A DNA stretch of 64,000 bases from Candidatus Oxydemutatoraceae bacterium (GCA_965220085.1 CBDCOZ010000003.1:1152001-1216000); one strand, 5' to 3'; positions 29,270 through 40,315 are shown, counted from the first letter of the stretch. Made by a program: numbers and translations. Notes: generated by a model not told the origin, from the letters alone.

Positions 29270-29780
29270 GCCATCCGCTTGCCGCGCATCTTGCTCGCTG
29301 CCGCCGCTGTCGCACCGAAGCCGCGCTCCCCGGGTCATGCTCGCTGATACCATCCGCATAGCGCCGTCGTCGGGCCGTGCGCCCGTATTGTTGCTACTCG
29401 GCGCATTGCTCATCGCCGCCATCTCAGGCGCCGCCTTGCTCGGCACGGCGCACATTCCGCCATACGACTTGCTGTCGGCGTCGTTGAACGAAACACAGCG
29501 AGCCATTTTGTACCACATCCGCTTGCCGCGCACCTTGCTCACTGCCGCACCCAAGGCGCGCTCCCCGGGTCATGCTCGCTGATACCATCCGCATAGCGCC
29601 GTCGTCGGGTCGCGCACCCGTATTGTTGCTACTCGGCGCATTGCTCATCGCCGCCATCTCAGGCGCCGCCTTGCTCGGCACGGCGCACATCCCGCTATAC
29701 GACTTGCTGTCGGCGTCGTTGAACGAAACACAGCGAGCCATTTTGTACCACATCCGCTTGCCGCGCATCTTGCTTGCCGC
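29270..29780 (+). repeat. 235-bp tandem duplication of the permease 5' end; truncated copy at 29337-29582
   Basis: [13 protein letters not shown] starts at both 29337 and 29572; a further remnant lies at 29270-29305. Confidence 0.9.
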
Positions 29781-30597
29781 CATCGTCGGCGCCGCGCTAG
29801 CCGCATCCGGCGCCGCCATGCAAGGCTTGTTCCGCAACCCGCTGGCGGACCCGGGGCTGATTGGCATTGCCAGCGGCGCCGCGCTGGCGGTAGCGGTGAC
29901 GCTGGTACTCATCGGGCCGGTCTCAAGCGCGCTGGGAATGTACAGCCTGAGCATCGCCGCTTTTTGCGGCGGCATTACTACGTGCTGGATCATCGCCCGC
30001 TTCGCAAAACTGACCGGCTCGTTTTCGGTCACGCATATGCTGCTTGCGGGCATCGCAATCAACGCGCTGGCAGCGGCAGGCGCCGGCTTCCTCACTTATA
30101 TAAGCGACGATACGCAGTTGCGCACGCTGACCTTCTGGACGATGGGCAGCATCACCGGGGCATTGTGGTCGGGTGTGTTTGTGGCGGCAACCGTCATCGT
30201 GCCGGTCGTATTCGCCCTCATCCGCAACGGCAAGATTTTAAACATCCTGCTACTGGGCGAGGACGAAGCGCGCCATCTGGGCGTCAACAGCGAGCGGCTC
30301 AAGAATGTAATCATGGCATGCGTTGCGCTATCGGTCGGCGCGGCAGTCGCACTCACCGGCATCATCGGCTTCATCGGTCTGGTCGCGCCACACCTAATCC
30401 GCCTTTTAATCGGGCCGGATCACCGCACATTAATTCCCGCCTCGGCAATGCTGGGCGCGCTGATGCTCGTCATCGCCGACACAGCCGCGCGCACCATACT
30501 CTCGCCCGCGGAAATCCCGGTCGGCATCCTCACCAGCCTGATCGGCGGGCCGTTCTTCCTATATCTTTTGCTAAGGCAATATCGCGGGCGGTCTTGA
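29572..30597 (+). CDS. hmuU: Heme/iron-chelate ABC transporter permease (FecCD family, HmuU-like)
   Basis: [63 protein letters not shown]. Confidence 0.85.
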   Translation: MLADTIRIAPSSGRAPVLLLLGALLIAAISGAALLGTAHIPLYDLLSASLNETQRAILYHIRLPRILLAAIVGAALAASGAAMQGLFRNPLADPGLIGIASGAALAVAVTLVLIGPVSSALGMYSLSIAAFCGGITTCWIIARFAKLTGSFSVTHMLLAGIAINALAAAGAGFLTYISDDTQLRTLTFWTMGSITGALWSGVFVAATVIVPVVFALIRNGKILNILLLGEDEARHLGVNSERLKNVIMACVALSVGAAVALTGIIGFIGLVAPHLIRLLIGPDHRTLIPASAMLGALMLVIADTAARTILSPAEIPVGILTSLIGGPFFLYLLLRQYRGRS

Positions 30598-31435
30598 ATA
30601 TGCTAGAGGCGCGCAACACCACCGCTGAGATTGGCGGCACGCGAATACTAAAAGACATCAGCGTTGCTTTCGCTCCGGGCGAAGTCGCGGCAATGCTGGG
30701 CGCGCTGATGCTCGTCATCGCCGACACAGCCGCGCGCACCGTACTCTCGCCCGCAGAAATCCCGGTCGGCATCCTCACCAGCCTGATCGGCGGGCCGTTC
30801 TTCCTATGCCTTTTGCTAAGGCAATATCGCGGGCGGTCTTGAATATGCTAGAGGCGCGCAACACCACCGCTGAGATTGGCGGCACGCGAATACTAAAAGA
30901 CATCAGCGTTGCTTTCGCTCCGGGCGAAGTCGCGGCAATGCTGGGCGCGCTGATGCTCGTCATCGCCGACACAGCCGCGCGCACCGTACTCTCGCCCGCA
31001 GAAATCCCGGTCGGCATCCTCACCAGCCTGATCGGCGGGCCGTTCTTCCTATGCCTTCTGCTAAGGCAATATCGCGGGCGGTCTTGAATATGCTAGAGGC
31101 GCGCAACATCACCGCTGAGATTGGCGGCACGCGAATACTAAAAGACATCAGCGTTGCTTTTGACCCGGGCGAAGTCGCGGCAATGCTGGGCGCGCTGATG
31201 CTCGTCATCGCCGACACAGCCGCGCGCACCGTACTCTCGCCCGCAGAAATCCCGGTCGGCATCCTCACCAGCCTGATCGGCGGGCCGTTCTTCCTATGCC
31301 TTCTGCTAAGGCAATATCGCGGGCGGTCTTGAATATGCTAGAGGCGCGCAACATCACCGCTGAGATTGGCGGCACGCGAATACTAAAAGACATCAGCGTT
31401 GCTTTTGACCCGGGCGAAGTCGCGGCAATACTGGG
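30443..31435 (+). repeat. 245-bp tandem repeat x4 spanning the permease 3' end and ATPase 5' end
   Basis: Stop codons recur at 30597, 30842, 31087 and 31332; junction at CGGCAAT(G/A)CTGGG microhomology. Confidence 0.95.
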
Positions 31436-32075
31436 CCCAAACGGCGCCGGCAAATCCACTTTGCTCAGGTGCTTAAGCGGCGCTCTGCATCCGGTCACAG
31501 GCGAGGTCTTGCTGGCGCAGCGCCCGCTGTCGGAGTTTGCCCTGAACGCACTGGCCAAAAGACGCGCCGTGTTATCGCAATCCGCTCCGATTGCATTCCC
31601 GTTCACGGCGGGGGAGGTTGCAATGATGGGCCGCAACCCGCACATCAACAACTACCCGGGCGCCGAAGACGAGGCAATCGTTGACGAAGCGCTGCGCAGT
31701 GTCGATGCCTACGACTTCAAAGCGCGCATTTTCCCGACCCTCTCCGGCGGCGAGCAACAGCGCGGGCAATTGGCGCGTGTGCTTGCCCAGATATGGGGGG
31801 AGAGGCGCGCCTGTCTGTTGCTGGACGAGCCGACCGCGATGCTGGACTTAAAACACCGGCACCATGTGTTATGCCTCATCAAAAGCCTCGCCCGCGAGTT
31901 GGAATGGACGGTCATCATCGTCATCCACGACCTGCATCTGGCAAAGATGTATGCTGACAAGGTGGTTTTCATAAAGCACGGCGCGATACACGACAGCGGC
32001 GGCGATGCGCTGGCATCTGAGAACATCAGCACAATCTTTGAGATACCGCAAGAGTTGGCGAAGGAGTACGGTTAG
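31335..32075 (+). CDS. hmuV: Heme ABC transporter ATP-binding protein (HmuV-like)
   Basis: GPNGAGKST, RRAVLSQ, LSGGEQQR..LARVLAQ, LLLDEPT. Confidence 0.85.
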   Translation: MLEARNITAEIGGTRILKDISVAFDPGEVAAILGPNGAGKSTLLRCLSGALHPVTGEVLLAQRPLSEFALNALAKRRAVLSQSAPIAFPFTAGEVAMMGRNPHINNYPGAEDEAIVDEALRSVDAYDFKARIFPTLSGGEQQRGQLARVLAQIWGERRACLLLDEPTAMLDLKHRHHVLCLIKSLARELEWTVIIVIHDLHLAKMYADKVVFIKHGAIHDSGGDALASENISTIFEIPQELAKEYG

Positions 32076-32092
32076 CGTTTCCCGCTCGCCAG

Positions 32093-32545
32093 TGCGTCTG
32101 CGGGCCACACCGTATCCGGCAACTTGCGCATCGTTGGTCACAGCCCTCGCCGATGCATCTGCGAGCGACGCCGTATCTGGCAACTTGCGCATGGTTGACC
32201 GCAACCTTCGCCGATGCATCTGCGGGCCACACCGTATCCCGGCAACTTGCGCATGGTTAGCCATAACCTTCGCCGATGCATCTGCGAGCGATGCCGTATC
32301 TGGCAACTTGCGCATGGTTGGCCGCAACCTTCGCCGATGCATCTGCGGGCCACACCGTATCCCGGCAACTTGCGCATGGTTAGCCGCAACCTTCGCCGAT
32401 GCATCTGCGGGCTACGCCGTATCCCGGCAACTTGCGCATCGTTGGCCACAGCCCTCGCCGATGCATCTGCGAGCGACGCCGTATCTGGCAACTTGCGCAT
32501 CGTTGGTCACAGCCCTCGCCGATGCGTCTGCGGGCTACGCCCTTG
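32093..32545. repeat. Non-coding 61/62-bp tandem array, about 7 units of two variants
   Basis: GATGC(A/G)TCTGCG recurs at 32152, 32213, 32275, 32336, 32398, 32460 and 32521. Confidence 0.9.
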
Positions 32546-32779
32546 TCTTGCCGATTCCCCCGCGAGAGGAGTGTCGCTTGCGCCTTGCGGGGAGCATTGC
32601 TTGTGATTGCGCCAACGGCGACCGGATTTGCCCATACCAGTAAACAACCCGCAAACAACTAATAACCCGCAAACAACTGAATGTTGTTTGCGTACCATAA
32701 ATGGCGTACCATAAATGGCGTACCATATATAATATGCGGTGGTATCCCGCCAAACCGAATCAACCGAAAGGAGTTACTA

Positions 32780-33241
32780 ATGAACGACATGGAAAAAAGC
32801 AAAGCGATTGAAATACTGAACCAGATTATGGAGACCGAGCTGGCCGGCGTAGTCCGCTACACACACTACTCGCTCATGGTATACGGCCATAGCAGAATTC
32901 CGATTACCCAGTGGATGAAAGCCAACGCGCAAGAGAGCCTGACCCATGCGGAACGAGCAGGGGAGATGGTCACATTGCTCGGCGGCCACCCCTCGCTCAA
33001 GATCGGCAGTTTGCTTGAAACCGAGCAACACGATATTGAAAGCATCTTGAGGGAGAGTCTGGAGCACGAGAAGCAGGCCCTCAAGGCGTACTACGAATTG
33101 ATGAGGCTCGCCGAAGGCGCTGACGAAGCGGTCTTGTTGCAGGAGTACGCAAGGGAGATGATTACCGGCGAGGAGATGCATGTTGACGAAGTCAATAAGA
33201 TGCTCCGCAAGCCCGGCGACATCCTGCCGTACTCATCCTGA
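32780..33241 (+). CDS. Bacterioferritin-like (ferritin superfamily) protein
   Basis: ETELAGVVRYTHY, ESLTHAE, EHEKQA, EEMHVDE diiron ligands; AGGAG SD. Confidence 0.85.
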   Translation: MNDMEKSKAIEILNQIMETELAGVVRYTHYSLMVYGHSRIPITQWMKANAQESLTHAERAGEMVTLLGGHPSLKIGSLLETEQHDIESILRESLEHEKQALKAYYELMRLAEGADEAVLLQEYAREMITGEEMHVDEVNKMLRKPGDILPYSS

Positions 33242-33319
33242 TGCCTGACTGGGGGGCAGGGGAATGCATACAATCGGCGGGCAACCTTAAGCGACCATCG
33301 TAAAACCAATTCGCGCGCG

Positions 33320-34528
33320 ATGCAATCGCTAATCCCCGCCGACCAGCCGCTGCTCGTCATGGCAGCGCTCCTCGCTATCGTCCTGTTCGGTTGCTGGGCG
33401 GAGAGAAAGCCGTGGGGCAAAACGATGACGGGCGCGGTGTGGGTGATACTCGCCTCAGTCATCCTGTCAAACGCAGGTGTCATACCGAAAGCGTCCCCGA
33501 CCTACGGCTTCGTATTCGCCTACCTGGTGCCGGCGCTGATCCCGTTGTTTCTAATCCACGCCGATGTGCGCCGCATCCTCGCTGAAAGCGGCCGGGTCGG
33601 AATATGTTTTATCCTCGCTTGCACCGGCACCACTCTCGGTGCGCTGCTCGGTGCGCACTTGCTCGACCTCGGCGCGCACGAGGACAAGCTCACCGGCATG
33701 TTCGCCGCCACCTACACCGGCGGCTCGGTCAATTATGCGGCGGTCGTTCAGGCCACCGGCCTTGATGACAACAACATCATATCGGCCGCCACCGCAGTGG
33801 ACAGCCTGATGGGCGTATCATTTCTGGCCATCCTGGTGATGATGCCCGCCTCCGCCTGGCTGATGCGCCGATTTGCCATCCGACAAGAAGGCGCCGGCTC
33901 TGCGACCGGCACAGAATCATTGCTCGGCGCCGAGTCCGGCGTAGGCAGCTTCGGCATTGCGGCGGCCATTGCATTTGCCCTCGCAGTCGTCGCGCTGTCG
34001 GATGTGACAGTCGCGCTGTTGAACGCCGTATTCCCCGCCACCGGCTTTGACTTCAATCTATTGCGCTATGTGTTTGTCACGCTATTTGCGGTCGTGCCCG
34101 CGACACTCTTCCCCTGGCACATGCAACAACTCAAAGGCGGGCGCAGCATCGGCTTCGTATTCGCATTCGTATTTTTTGCCGCCATCGCCGCCGGCGCCGA
34201 CATACAAAAGATGCTGGACACCGCGCCCATCCTGATCGGCTTTGCCGCCATCTTGCTCCTCGCGCATCTCGTCACCTTATTCATCGGCGGCGCCTTGCTA
34301 TGCCAAATCAGCAACCTCGTGAGCGGCGAACGCAACAACAAACTGGCGCCGAGCTTGCCGGAATTGATCATCGCATCCAACGCCGCAGTCCTCGGTGCGA
34401 CAACCGCCCCCGCACTGGCGCTGGCGCGAGGCTGGACGACATTGGTAACCCCCGGCGTACTCGTCGGTGTCGCAGGCTACATCATCGGCACACCGCTTGG
34501 CATCGCCATCGCCACATTATTGCTGTGA
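33320..34528 (+). CDS. DUF819-family integral membrane protein
   Basis: About 11 TM helices; ATYTGGSVNYAAV, ASNAAVLGATTA, PGVLVGVAGY. Confidence 0.8.
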   Translation: MQSLIPADQPLLVMAALLAIVLFGCWAERKPWGKTMTGAVWVILASVILSNAGVIPKASPTYGFVFAYLVPALIPLFLIHADVRRILAESGRVGICFILACTGTTLGALLGAHLLDLGAHEDKLTGMFAATYTGGSVNYAAVVQATGLDDNNIISAATAVDSLMGVSFLAILVMMPASAWLMRRFAIRQEGAGSATGTESLLGAESGVGSFGIAAAIAFALAVVALSDVTVALLNAVFPATGFDFNLLRYVFVTLFAVVPATLFPWHMQQLKGGRSIGFVFAFVFFAAIAAGADIQKMLDTAPILIGFAAILLLAHLVTLFIGGALLCQISNLVSGERNNKLAPSLPELIIASNAAVLGATTAPALALARGWTTLVTPGVLVGVAGYIIGTPLGIAIATLLL

Positions 34529-34569
34529 TATACTGATGCGCAACGTAGTATCGCCTTGGAGAATGCAAG

Positions 34570-35901
34570 ATGACTGAAACCGCAAACACAAGCCTTAACA
34601 AAAGTGATGTTGATGATATTGACAATATCATCACACTGTTTAACGAGTACGAGCAGAAGCGGGATGCGCAAAGACACCGGGGCTTGAACGACTTCAATCC
34701 ATTCACGATAGTATTAAAGGGACACTATGAAGTACAACTACACTCTCGTTTCCTGCGTCACTTGCTTGACCCGCATGCCGACCACTATCAGGGTGATTTG
34801 TTTCTGCAACTGTTTTTGGATAAATGCGGATTGCCAGATTTCTTCAATGACACCATGCGTTGCCAGACTTATAATGAATATGAATATATTGACATCTATA
34901 TCACCGATGGGAGCAAGCATCTCATCATTGAGAACAAGATATGGACAGGCGATCAACCCGACCAGCTTAAACGCTATGTGGAAGATATTGAGGAAGAGGG
35001 CGCAGGCAAAGAGAGCATAGCCGTAATATATTTATCTTTGGACAGAGATGGAAAAAAAAGATACCCGAATCTGAAGTCTGAATTTTCATCTGTTAAAGAA
35101 TTCGAATCCATTCATTATGATAAAGAAATCACCGAATGGCTGAAAGACGCCTATGAACAGGTTGCCAATATCACCAACCTGTCTCTGGGTATCCGTCAAT
35201 ATCAGGAAGTGATACAAAAATTATATGGAACCTATAGGAGGAAAGCGATGAGCTTAGAAGACTACATTACAGACAACATACCGGAAGACAAGCGAAGAGA
35301 AACAGTACAGACGATAGAGAAAATTATCCAAGAATATAACCACCGCAGACAGCCTGTAATGCAAAAATTCTTTGACGAGGTCATCAAAAGGCTGGAAGAC
35401 AAACTGAAGAGTCATCAGGAATGGGAAATGAAGTGTAATGAAGGTAATCTTAAAAACGGTAAAGGAGGGGCTCAACTAATAAGAATCCAACCAAAAGAGC
35501 CTGCAGGGGATTCTCTGATACGTTTTTCATTTGAATACGGCGAAAAAAATTTTCATAACCCCTATTGGGGCATCGTTAGCGGTGACCACAAGAAATTGAA
35601 AGAGTTACGAGAAAAGTACAAAGAAAAGCACCCTGACTCAAAGCTTTCCGAACTGCCTCATGCGGATTTGTGGATAAAAATAGAGTCAGTTTATAGCGAG
35701 GATCGCAACTGGAGAGAATATTGCGATCACTTCTCTGAGGTTATGATGAGGCTAGGTATAGAAAAAGCCGCTGAAAATTTTGTCACAAGGTTTTTTGATG
35801 AAATCATCACTGAAGACAATATGGAGTTAGTGAAAGAACTCAATGAGTTGTGGTCGGAGATAGAGAAAGGGGATAAAGGCCAAACCCCTGCGAATAACTA
35901 A
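34570..35901 (+). CDS. PD-(D/E)XK nuclease superfamily protein, copy 1
   Basis: E..LHSRFL..LLDP...H.QGDLFL..FL, IDIYI...IIENKI...DQ..QL..Y (PDDEXK_4-like). Confidence 0.85.
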   Translation: MTETANTSLNKSDVDDIDNIITLFNEYEQKRDAQRHRGLNDFNPFTIVLKGHYEVQLHSRFLRHLLDPHADHYQGDLFLQLFLDKCGLPDFFNDTMRCQTYNEYEYIDIYITDGSKHLIIENKIWTGDQPDQLKRYVEDIEEEGAGKESIAVIYLSLDRDGKKRYPNLKSEFSSVKEFESIHYDKEITEWLKDAYEQVANITNLSLGIRQYQEVIQKLYGTYRRKAMSLEDYITDNIPEDKRRETVQTIEKIIQEYNHRRQPVMQKFFDEVIKRLEDKLKSHQEWEMKCNEGNLKNGKGGAQLIRIQPKEPAGDSLIRFSFEYGEKNFHNPYWGIVSGDHKKLKELREKYKEKHPDSKLSELPHADLWIKIESVYSEDRNWREYCDHFSEVMMRLGIEKAAENFVTRFFDEIITEDNMELVKELNELWSEIEKGDKGQTPANN

Positions 35902-35942
35902 CTTCAAAATAAACCCAATGCTATCGCCTTAGAGAATGCAAG

Positions 35943-37250
35943 ATGACTGAAACCGCAAACACAAGCCTTAACAAAAGTGATGTTGATGATATTGACAATA
36001 TCATCACACTGTTTAACGAGTACGAGCAGAAGCGGGATGCGCAAAGACACCGGGGCTTGAACGACTTCAATCCATTCACGATAGTATTAAAGGGACACTA
36101 TGAAGTACAACTACACTCTCGTTTCCTGCGTCACTTGCTTGACCCGCATGCCGACCACTATCAGGGTGATTTGTTTCTGCAACTGTTTTTGGATAAATGC
36201 GGATTGCCAGATTTCTTCAATGACACCATGCGTTGCCATGCGCATAACGAATATAAACGTATTGACATCTATATCACCGATGGGAACAAGCGCCTCATCA
36301 TTGAGAACAAGATATGGGCGGGGGATCAGCCCGACCAGCTTAAACGCTATGTGGAAGAAATCGAGAAAGAGGGTGCGGGAAAAAATAGCATAGCCGTAAT
36401 GTATTTATCTTTGGATAGGGATGGAAAAGAAAGATACCCGAATCTGGAGTCTGAATTTTTATCTGTCAAAGAATTCAAATCCATTCACTACAACAAAGAA
36501 ATTACCGAATGGTTGGAAGACGCCCATAAGCAGGTTGCCAGTATTCCTAACCTGTCTCTGGGCATTCGTCAGTATCAGGAAGTGATACAAAAGTTATATG
36601 GAACCTACAGGAGGAAAGCGATGAATTTATACGACTACATTGCAGATACAGAAAATGTATCGCAGGGCAAGCGAAGAGAAACAGCACAGACGATAGAGAA
36701 AATTGTCAAAGAGTGTGACCATTGCAAACCGAATGTAATGAAAGACTTCTTTGACAAGGTTATCGCAGAGTTGAAGAAAAAACTAGAGAGCCCGGAATAT
36801 AACAATGATTGGGAAGTAGGGTGTCCTTGGGGTGAGGCCGAGCTTAAAGCTGGCAAGCGGTGGAAACGTTTAATAGTTCAACAAAAGAGTCCTGCAGAAC
36901 AGCAGCCTCCGATATATTTTGCATTTGAATACGACGCGAATAGTTACCATAACCCCGTTTGGGGCATTGCTAGAAGCAGTGACAAGATAGATTTAGAAGC
37001 TTTAACAAAAAAGTCGCGAAATACACCACAGGCAGCTTGGTGGATAGATATCCGGCCAGTTTATGAGAAAGATTACGATCATTTCTTTGAGGTTATGGCG
37101 CAAGGTGTAGAAAAAGCCGCTGAAGATTTTGTCACAAAACTTTTTAAGGAAGTCATCACTGAAGACAATATGAAATTAGTGATGAAACTCAATGAACTGT
37201 GGCTGGAGATAGAGAAAGGGGATAAAGGCCAAACCCCTGCGAATAACTAA
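35943..37250 (+). CDS. PD-(D/E)XK nuclease superfamily protein, copy 2
   Basis: Same N-terminal motifs; divergent C-terminal half. Confidence 0.85.
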   Translation: MTETANTSLNKSDVDDIDNIITLFNEYEQKRDAQRHRGLNDFNPFTIVLKGHYEVQLHSRFLRHLLDPHADHYQGDLFLQLFLDKCGLPDFFNDTMRCHAHNEYKRIDIYITDGNKRLIIENKIWAGDQPDQLKRYVEEIEKEGAGKNSIAVMYLSLDRDGKERYPNLESEFLSVKEFKSIHYNKEITEWLEDAHKQVASIPNLSLGIRQYQEVIQKLYGTYRRKAMNLYDYIADTENVSQGKRRETAQTIEKIVKECDHCKPNVMKDFFDKVIAELKKKLESPEYNNDWEVGCPWGEAELKAGKRWKRLIVQQKSPAEQQPPIYFAFEYDANSYHNPVWGIARSSDKIDLEALTKKSRNTPQAAWWIDIRPVYEKDYDHFFEVMAQGVEKAAEDFVTKLFKEVITEDNMKLVMKLNELWLEIEKGDKGQTPANN

Positions 37251-37291
37251 CTTCAAAATAAACCCAATGCTATCGCCTTAGAGAATGCAAG

Positions 37292-38632
37292 ATGACTGAA
37301 ACCGCAAACATAAACCTTAACAAAAGTGATGTTGACAACATCATCACACTGTTTAACGAGTACGAGCAGAAGCGGGATGCGCAAAGACACCGAGGCTTGA
37401 ACGACTTCAATCCATTCACGATAGTATTACATGGGCACGATGAAGTGCGTCTGCACTCCCGCTTCCTGCGTTACTTGCTTGACCCGCACGCCGACCACTA
37501 TCAGGGTGATTTGTTTCTGCAACTGTTTTTGGAGAAATGCGGATTGCAAGGTTTCTTCGATGATTCCACCCATTGCCAGACTTATAATGAATATGAACAT
37601 ATTGACATCTATATCACCGATGGGAACAAGCGCCTCATCATTGAGAACAAGATATGGGCGGGGGATCAGCCCAACCAGCTTCAAAAGCATGTGAAGAAGG
37701 TTCAAGATAAAAGTGCGGAAGGGGAGAGCACAACCGAAAAAAGTATAGTTGTAATGTATCTGTCTTTGGACAGAGATGGAAAAGAAAGATACCCGAATCT
37801 GGAGTCTGAATTTTCATCTGTTAAAGAATTAAAATCCATTCACTACAACAAAGAAATTACCGAATGGTTGGAAGAAGCCCATGAGCAGGTTGCTAATATC
37901 ACCAACCTATCTCTGGGTATTCGTCAGTATCAAGAAGTGATACAAAAGTTATATGGAACCTATGGGAGGAAAGTAATGAACTTATATGACTACATTACAG
38001 ATACAGAAAATGTATCGCAGGACAAGCGAAGAGAAACAGTACAGACGATACAGACGATAGAGAAAGTTATCCAAGAGTATAACAATTGCAAACTGGATAT
38101 AATGACAAAGTTCTTTGACAAGGTTATCGCGGGGTTAGAAGGTGAATTGGAGAGGCAGGGATGTGCTCAAGAATGGAAAGCAACATTTCATAAAGGGAAG
38201 GAAAGTGATGTTAAAGCTGGCAAGCATTATGGTCGTCGGCGTTTAATAGTCCAACAAAAAAGGAATACAGGGCATCATCCCCCGATATATTTTGCATTTG
38301 AATACAGTGCAAATGGTTATCATAACCCCGGTTGGGGCATCACCAGAAGCCGTCGAGAGGTAGATTTTGCTAAGTTAAAAAGGGCGTATGAGGCTGACCC
38401 TTGTTCTGGCATCGAGTTTCCCGCTTCTGACCCCCTTCCTGCGCATTGGTGGATAAATATTCAGTCAGTTTATGGAGAAGACTGCTATCATTTTCTTAAA
38501 ATTGTGGAATTAGGCGAAAAAGAAGCCGCTGAAAATTTTGTCACAAGGTTTTTTGCCAAAGTCATCACTAAAGAGAATATGAAGTTAGTGATGAAACTCA
38601 ATGAACTGTGGCCGAAGGTGGAGAAGAGCTAG
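37292..38632 (+). CDS. PD-(D/E)XK nuclease superfamily protein, copy 3
   Basis: Same N-terminal motifs; divergent C-terminal half. Confidence 0.85.
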   Translation: MTETANINLNKSDVDNIITLFNEYEQKRDAQRHRGLNDFNPFTIVLHGHDEVRLHSRFLRYLLDPHADHYQGDLFLQLFLEKCGLQGFFDDSTHCQTYNEYEHIDIYITDGNKRLIIENKIWAGDQPNQLQKHVKKVQDKSAEGESTTEKSIVVMYLSLDRDGKERYPNLESEFSSVKELKSIHYNKEITEWLEEAHEQVANITNLSLGIRQYQEVIQKLYGTYGRKVMNLYDYITDTENVSQDKRRETVQTIQTIEKVIQEYNNCKLDIMTKFFDKVIAGLEGELERQGCAQEWKATFHKGKESDVKAGKHYGRRRLIVQQKRNTGHHPPIYFAFEYSANGYHNPGWGITRSRREVDFAKLKRAYEADPCSGIEFPASDPLPAHWWINIQSVYGEDCYHFLKIVELGEKEAAENFVTRFFAKVITKENMKLVMKLNELWPKVEKS

Positions 38633-38793
38633 CGGGCAAGGGTTAAAACTCTGTGACTTGCTGACTTTGCAAGTGCATCCTGCCGGTCTTGCAAGTAAGA
38701 GGAAACGAGCCTGAATAGGGAGGAGAGGAACAGGCCCGTTTCCAATGCTGTTGAGGCGAGCGCTATCAGGCAAGCACGCCCTCCGCGTTGCCA

Positions 38794-39363
38794 TCAGCGG
38801 CTCGCGTTTGCAATCTCCTCAAAATCCACCTTGCGATAAGCAAACCGCTGTTCGCCGCTCAACTGAGCCCCGTAGCCGCTCACCCAATCCTTATGCAACC
38901 CAAGCGTTTGCGCAGCGGGCGGCAGAATCGTGAAGGTAACCTGATACAAATCGCTGCGCTTGCCGGGCAGCGCTATGTTGCGCGCGTAATGAAAGTTATC
39001 GATCAGATTGAGGTGCGGGGTGAGATCGACAAAAGTCCTCATTCCCGTCTTCTCATTCTTCACCTCCGCAACGATGTTGAGATAGGGCACGAACCCTCCG
39101 GCAGGAGTCCCCGCGGGAATATCTTTGCTGTCCCAGTTCACCCGCGCTTCGATATGCACATCGGTCTGCGCTTCGGGCAGGTGCATGCCTTTGGGCGCGA
39201 TTTCATCTTTGATAGCCCCTTCAAAGATGAACACGATTCCGGGCTCTGCGCGTTCCTTGCCGATGACAAGTTCAAGTGCGGCAACCGTGCCGCCCGCAAG
39301 CAGAAGGGCGGTGCCCAAGATTGCCGAAAGCGTTTTTCTGCTGCTTCTATTGTGTGTATTCAT
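38794..39363 (-). CDS. Periplasmic Fe2+ transport protein (P19/FetP/Tp34 family)
   Basis: Signal peptide; DVHIEA, GGFVPYLNI, FHYARNI..PG motifs; upstream Fur box. Confidence 0.75.
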   Translation of the reverse strand: MNTHNRSSRKTLSAILGTALLLAGGTVAALELVIGKERAEPGIVFIFEGAIKDEIAPKGMHLPEAQTDVHIEARVNWDSKDIPAGTPAGGFVPYLNIVAEVKNEKTGMRTFVDLTPHLNLIDNFHYARNIALPGKRSDLYQVTFTILPPAAQTLGLHKDWVSGYGAQLSGEQRFAYRKVDFEEIANASR

Positions 39364-39462
39364 GATGGTTTCCCTCCGTATTATTTAGGCGCCAAAAGAT
39401 GCCGACATAGGCAGTTAACATCCGGTTTTCGTTGTTGCTAAAGCCTTTCCAGCCTCTATAAG

Positions 39463-39482
39463 AATAAGAATGATTCTCAATT
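39463..39482. promoter_or_regulatory. Fur box between divergent genes
   Basis: TAAGAAT-G-ATTCTCA 7-1-7 inverted repeat resembling TGATAATnATTATCA. Confidence 0.75.
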
Positions 39483-39574
39483 ATAGGCTATGAGTCAGGA
39501 TTGTCAAGGAGTATAATCAGGAACCCTGCATCACGGCAGGGCAAGGTTTTGAGGCATCTATGGAGGGTGGCGTC

Positions 39575-40315
39575 ATGAAAAAGGACATAAGAAGGGACAT
39601 ATTTTATACAGGTCTGCTGGCAGCGCTGACAACGGCGCTCGGCCTATCATCGGCATCGGCGGATGAAGGTTTCTACGGCAGCATCATGTTTGGCGAGGAG
39701 TTTGCGGATGCTCGTCTGAACAAGCTCGTCGGTCAAACGAATGCGCGCGACAGCGAGAATGAGGAAGACATGATGTTCGGGATAGCGGTCGGCTATCAGT
39801 TTAGTCTGGCGCCGAGAACACACCTCAAGACCGAGTTGGACTTCGCCGCGCACAAGCAGGCCATTCACGGCTTTCTTGACGGCACCGGAACGGACCCCGA
39901 AGATGTCTGGCCGGGCGCGTGGTCGGTCGAAAAAAACCGCAGCGCGGGTCTGACTTTCAAACTCGGCTACGAACCCGAAGCAATCAACCCGATTGACTCA
40001 ATATATCTGCTCACCGGTGTGCGCTGGCTCCCGCTTACCGGCGAAGTGCATGCAAACGGCAACGCCGCTCCGAACCAACCGATAGCGGCGGTTTCACGCC
40101 GCGATTTTGATGTCCGCCCGTGGGTCATCGGCACCGGCGCAACCTTTGAAGCGCTTGAGACCGGCCAGTTCAACTTTGAATTGCGCTATATGGACTATGG
40201 CTTTGACTGGTTTTTCCCGGGTGACTCCGACCCCGCCGACACCATTATCCGCCACGACATCGATGTAAACGAATGGAAGCTGCTGTTCGGTTACTCGTGG
40301 GAACTGGATATGTAG
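39575..40315 (+). CDS. Outer-membrane beta-barrel protein
   Basis: Signal peptide, EGFYG start, amphipathic strands, C-terminal LLFGYSW. Confidence 0.7.
   Translation: MKKDIRRDIFYTGLLAALTTALGLSSASADEGFYGSIMFGEEFADARLNKLVGQTNARDSENEEDMMFGIAVGYQFSLAPRTHLKTELDFAAHKQAIHGFLDGTGTDPEDVWPGAWSVEKNRSAGLTFKLGYEPEAINPIDSIYLLTGVRWLPLTGEVHANGNAAPNQPIAAVSRRDFDVRPWVIGTGATFEALETGQFNFELRYMDYGFDWFFPGDSDPADTIIRHDIDVNEWKLLFGYSWELDM

Noticed and set aside
32093-32545. Possible CRISPR array (period ~61 bp)
   Set aside because: The whole unit is repeated with no unique spacers, and there are no cas genes. The overlapping ORFs here are repeat artefacts.
34570-38632. Diversity-generating retroelement explaining the variable nuclease halves or repeat variants
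   Set aside because: No reverse transcriptase in the window; differences include indels and all base types rather than adenine-specific changes.
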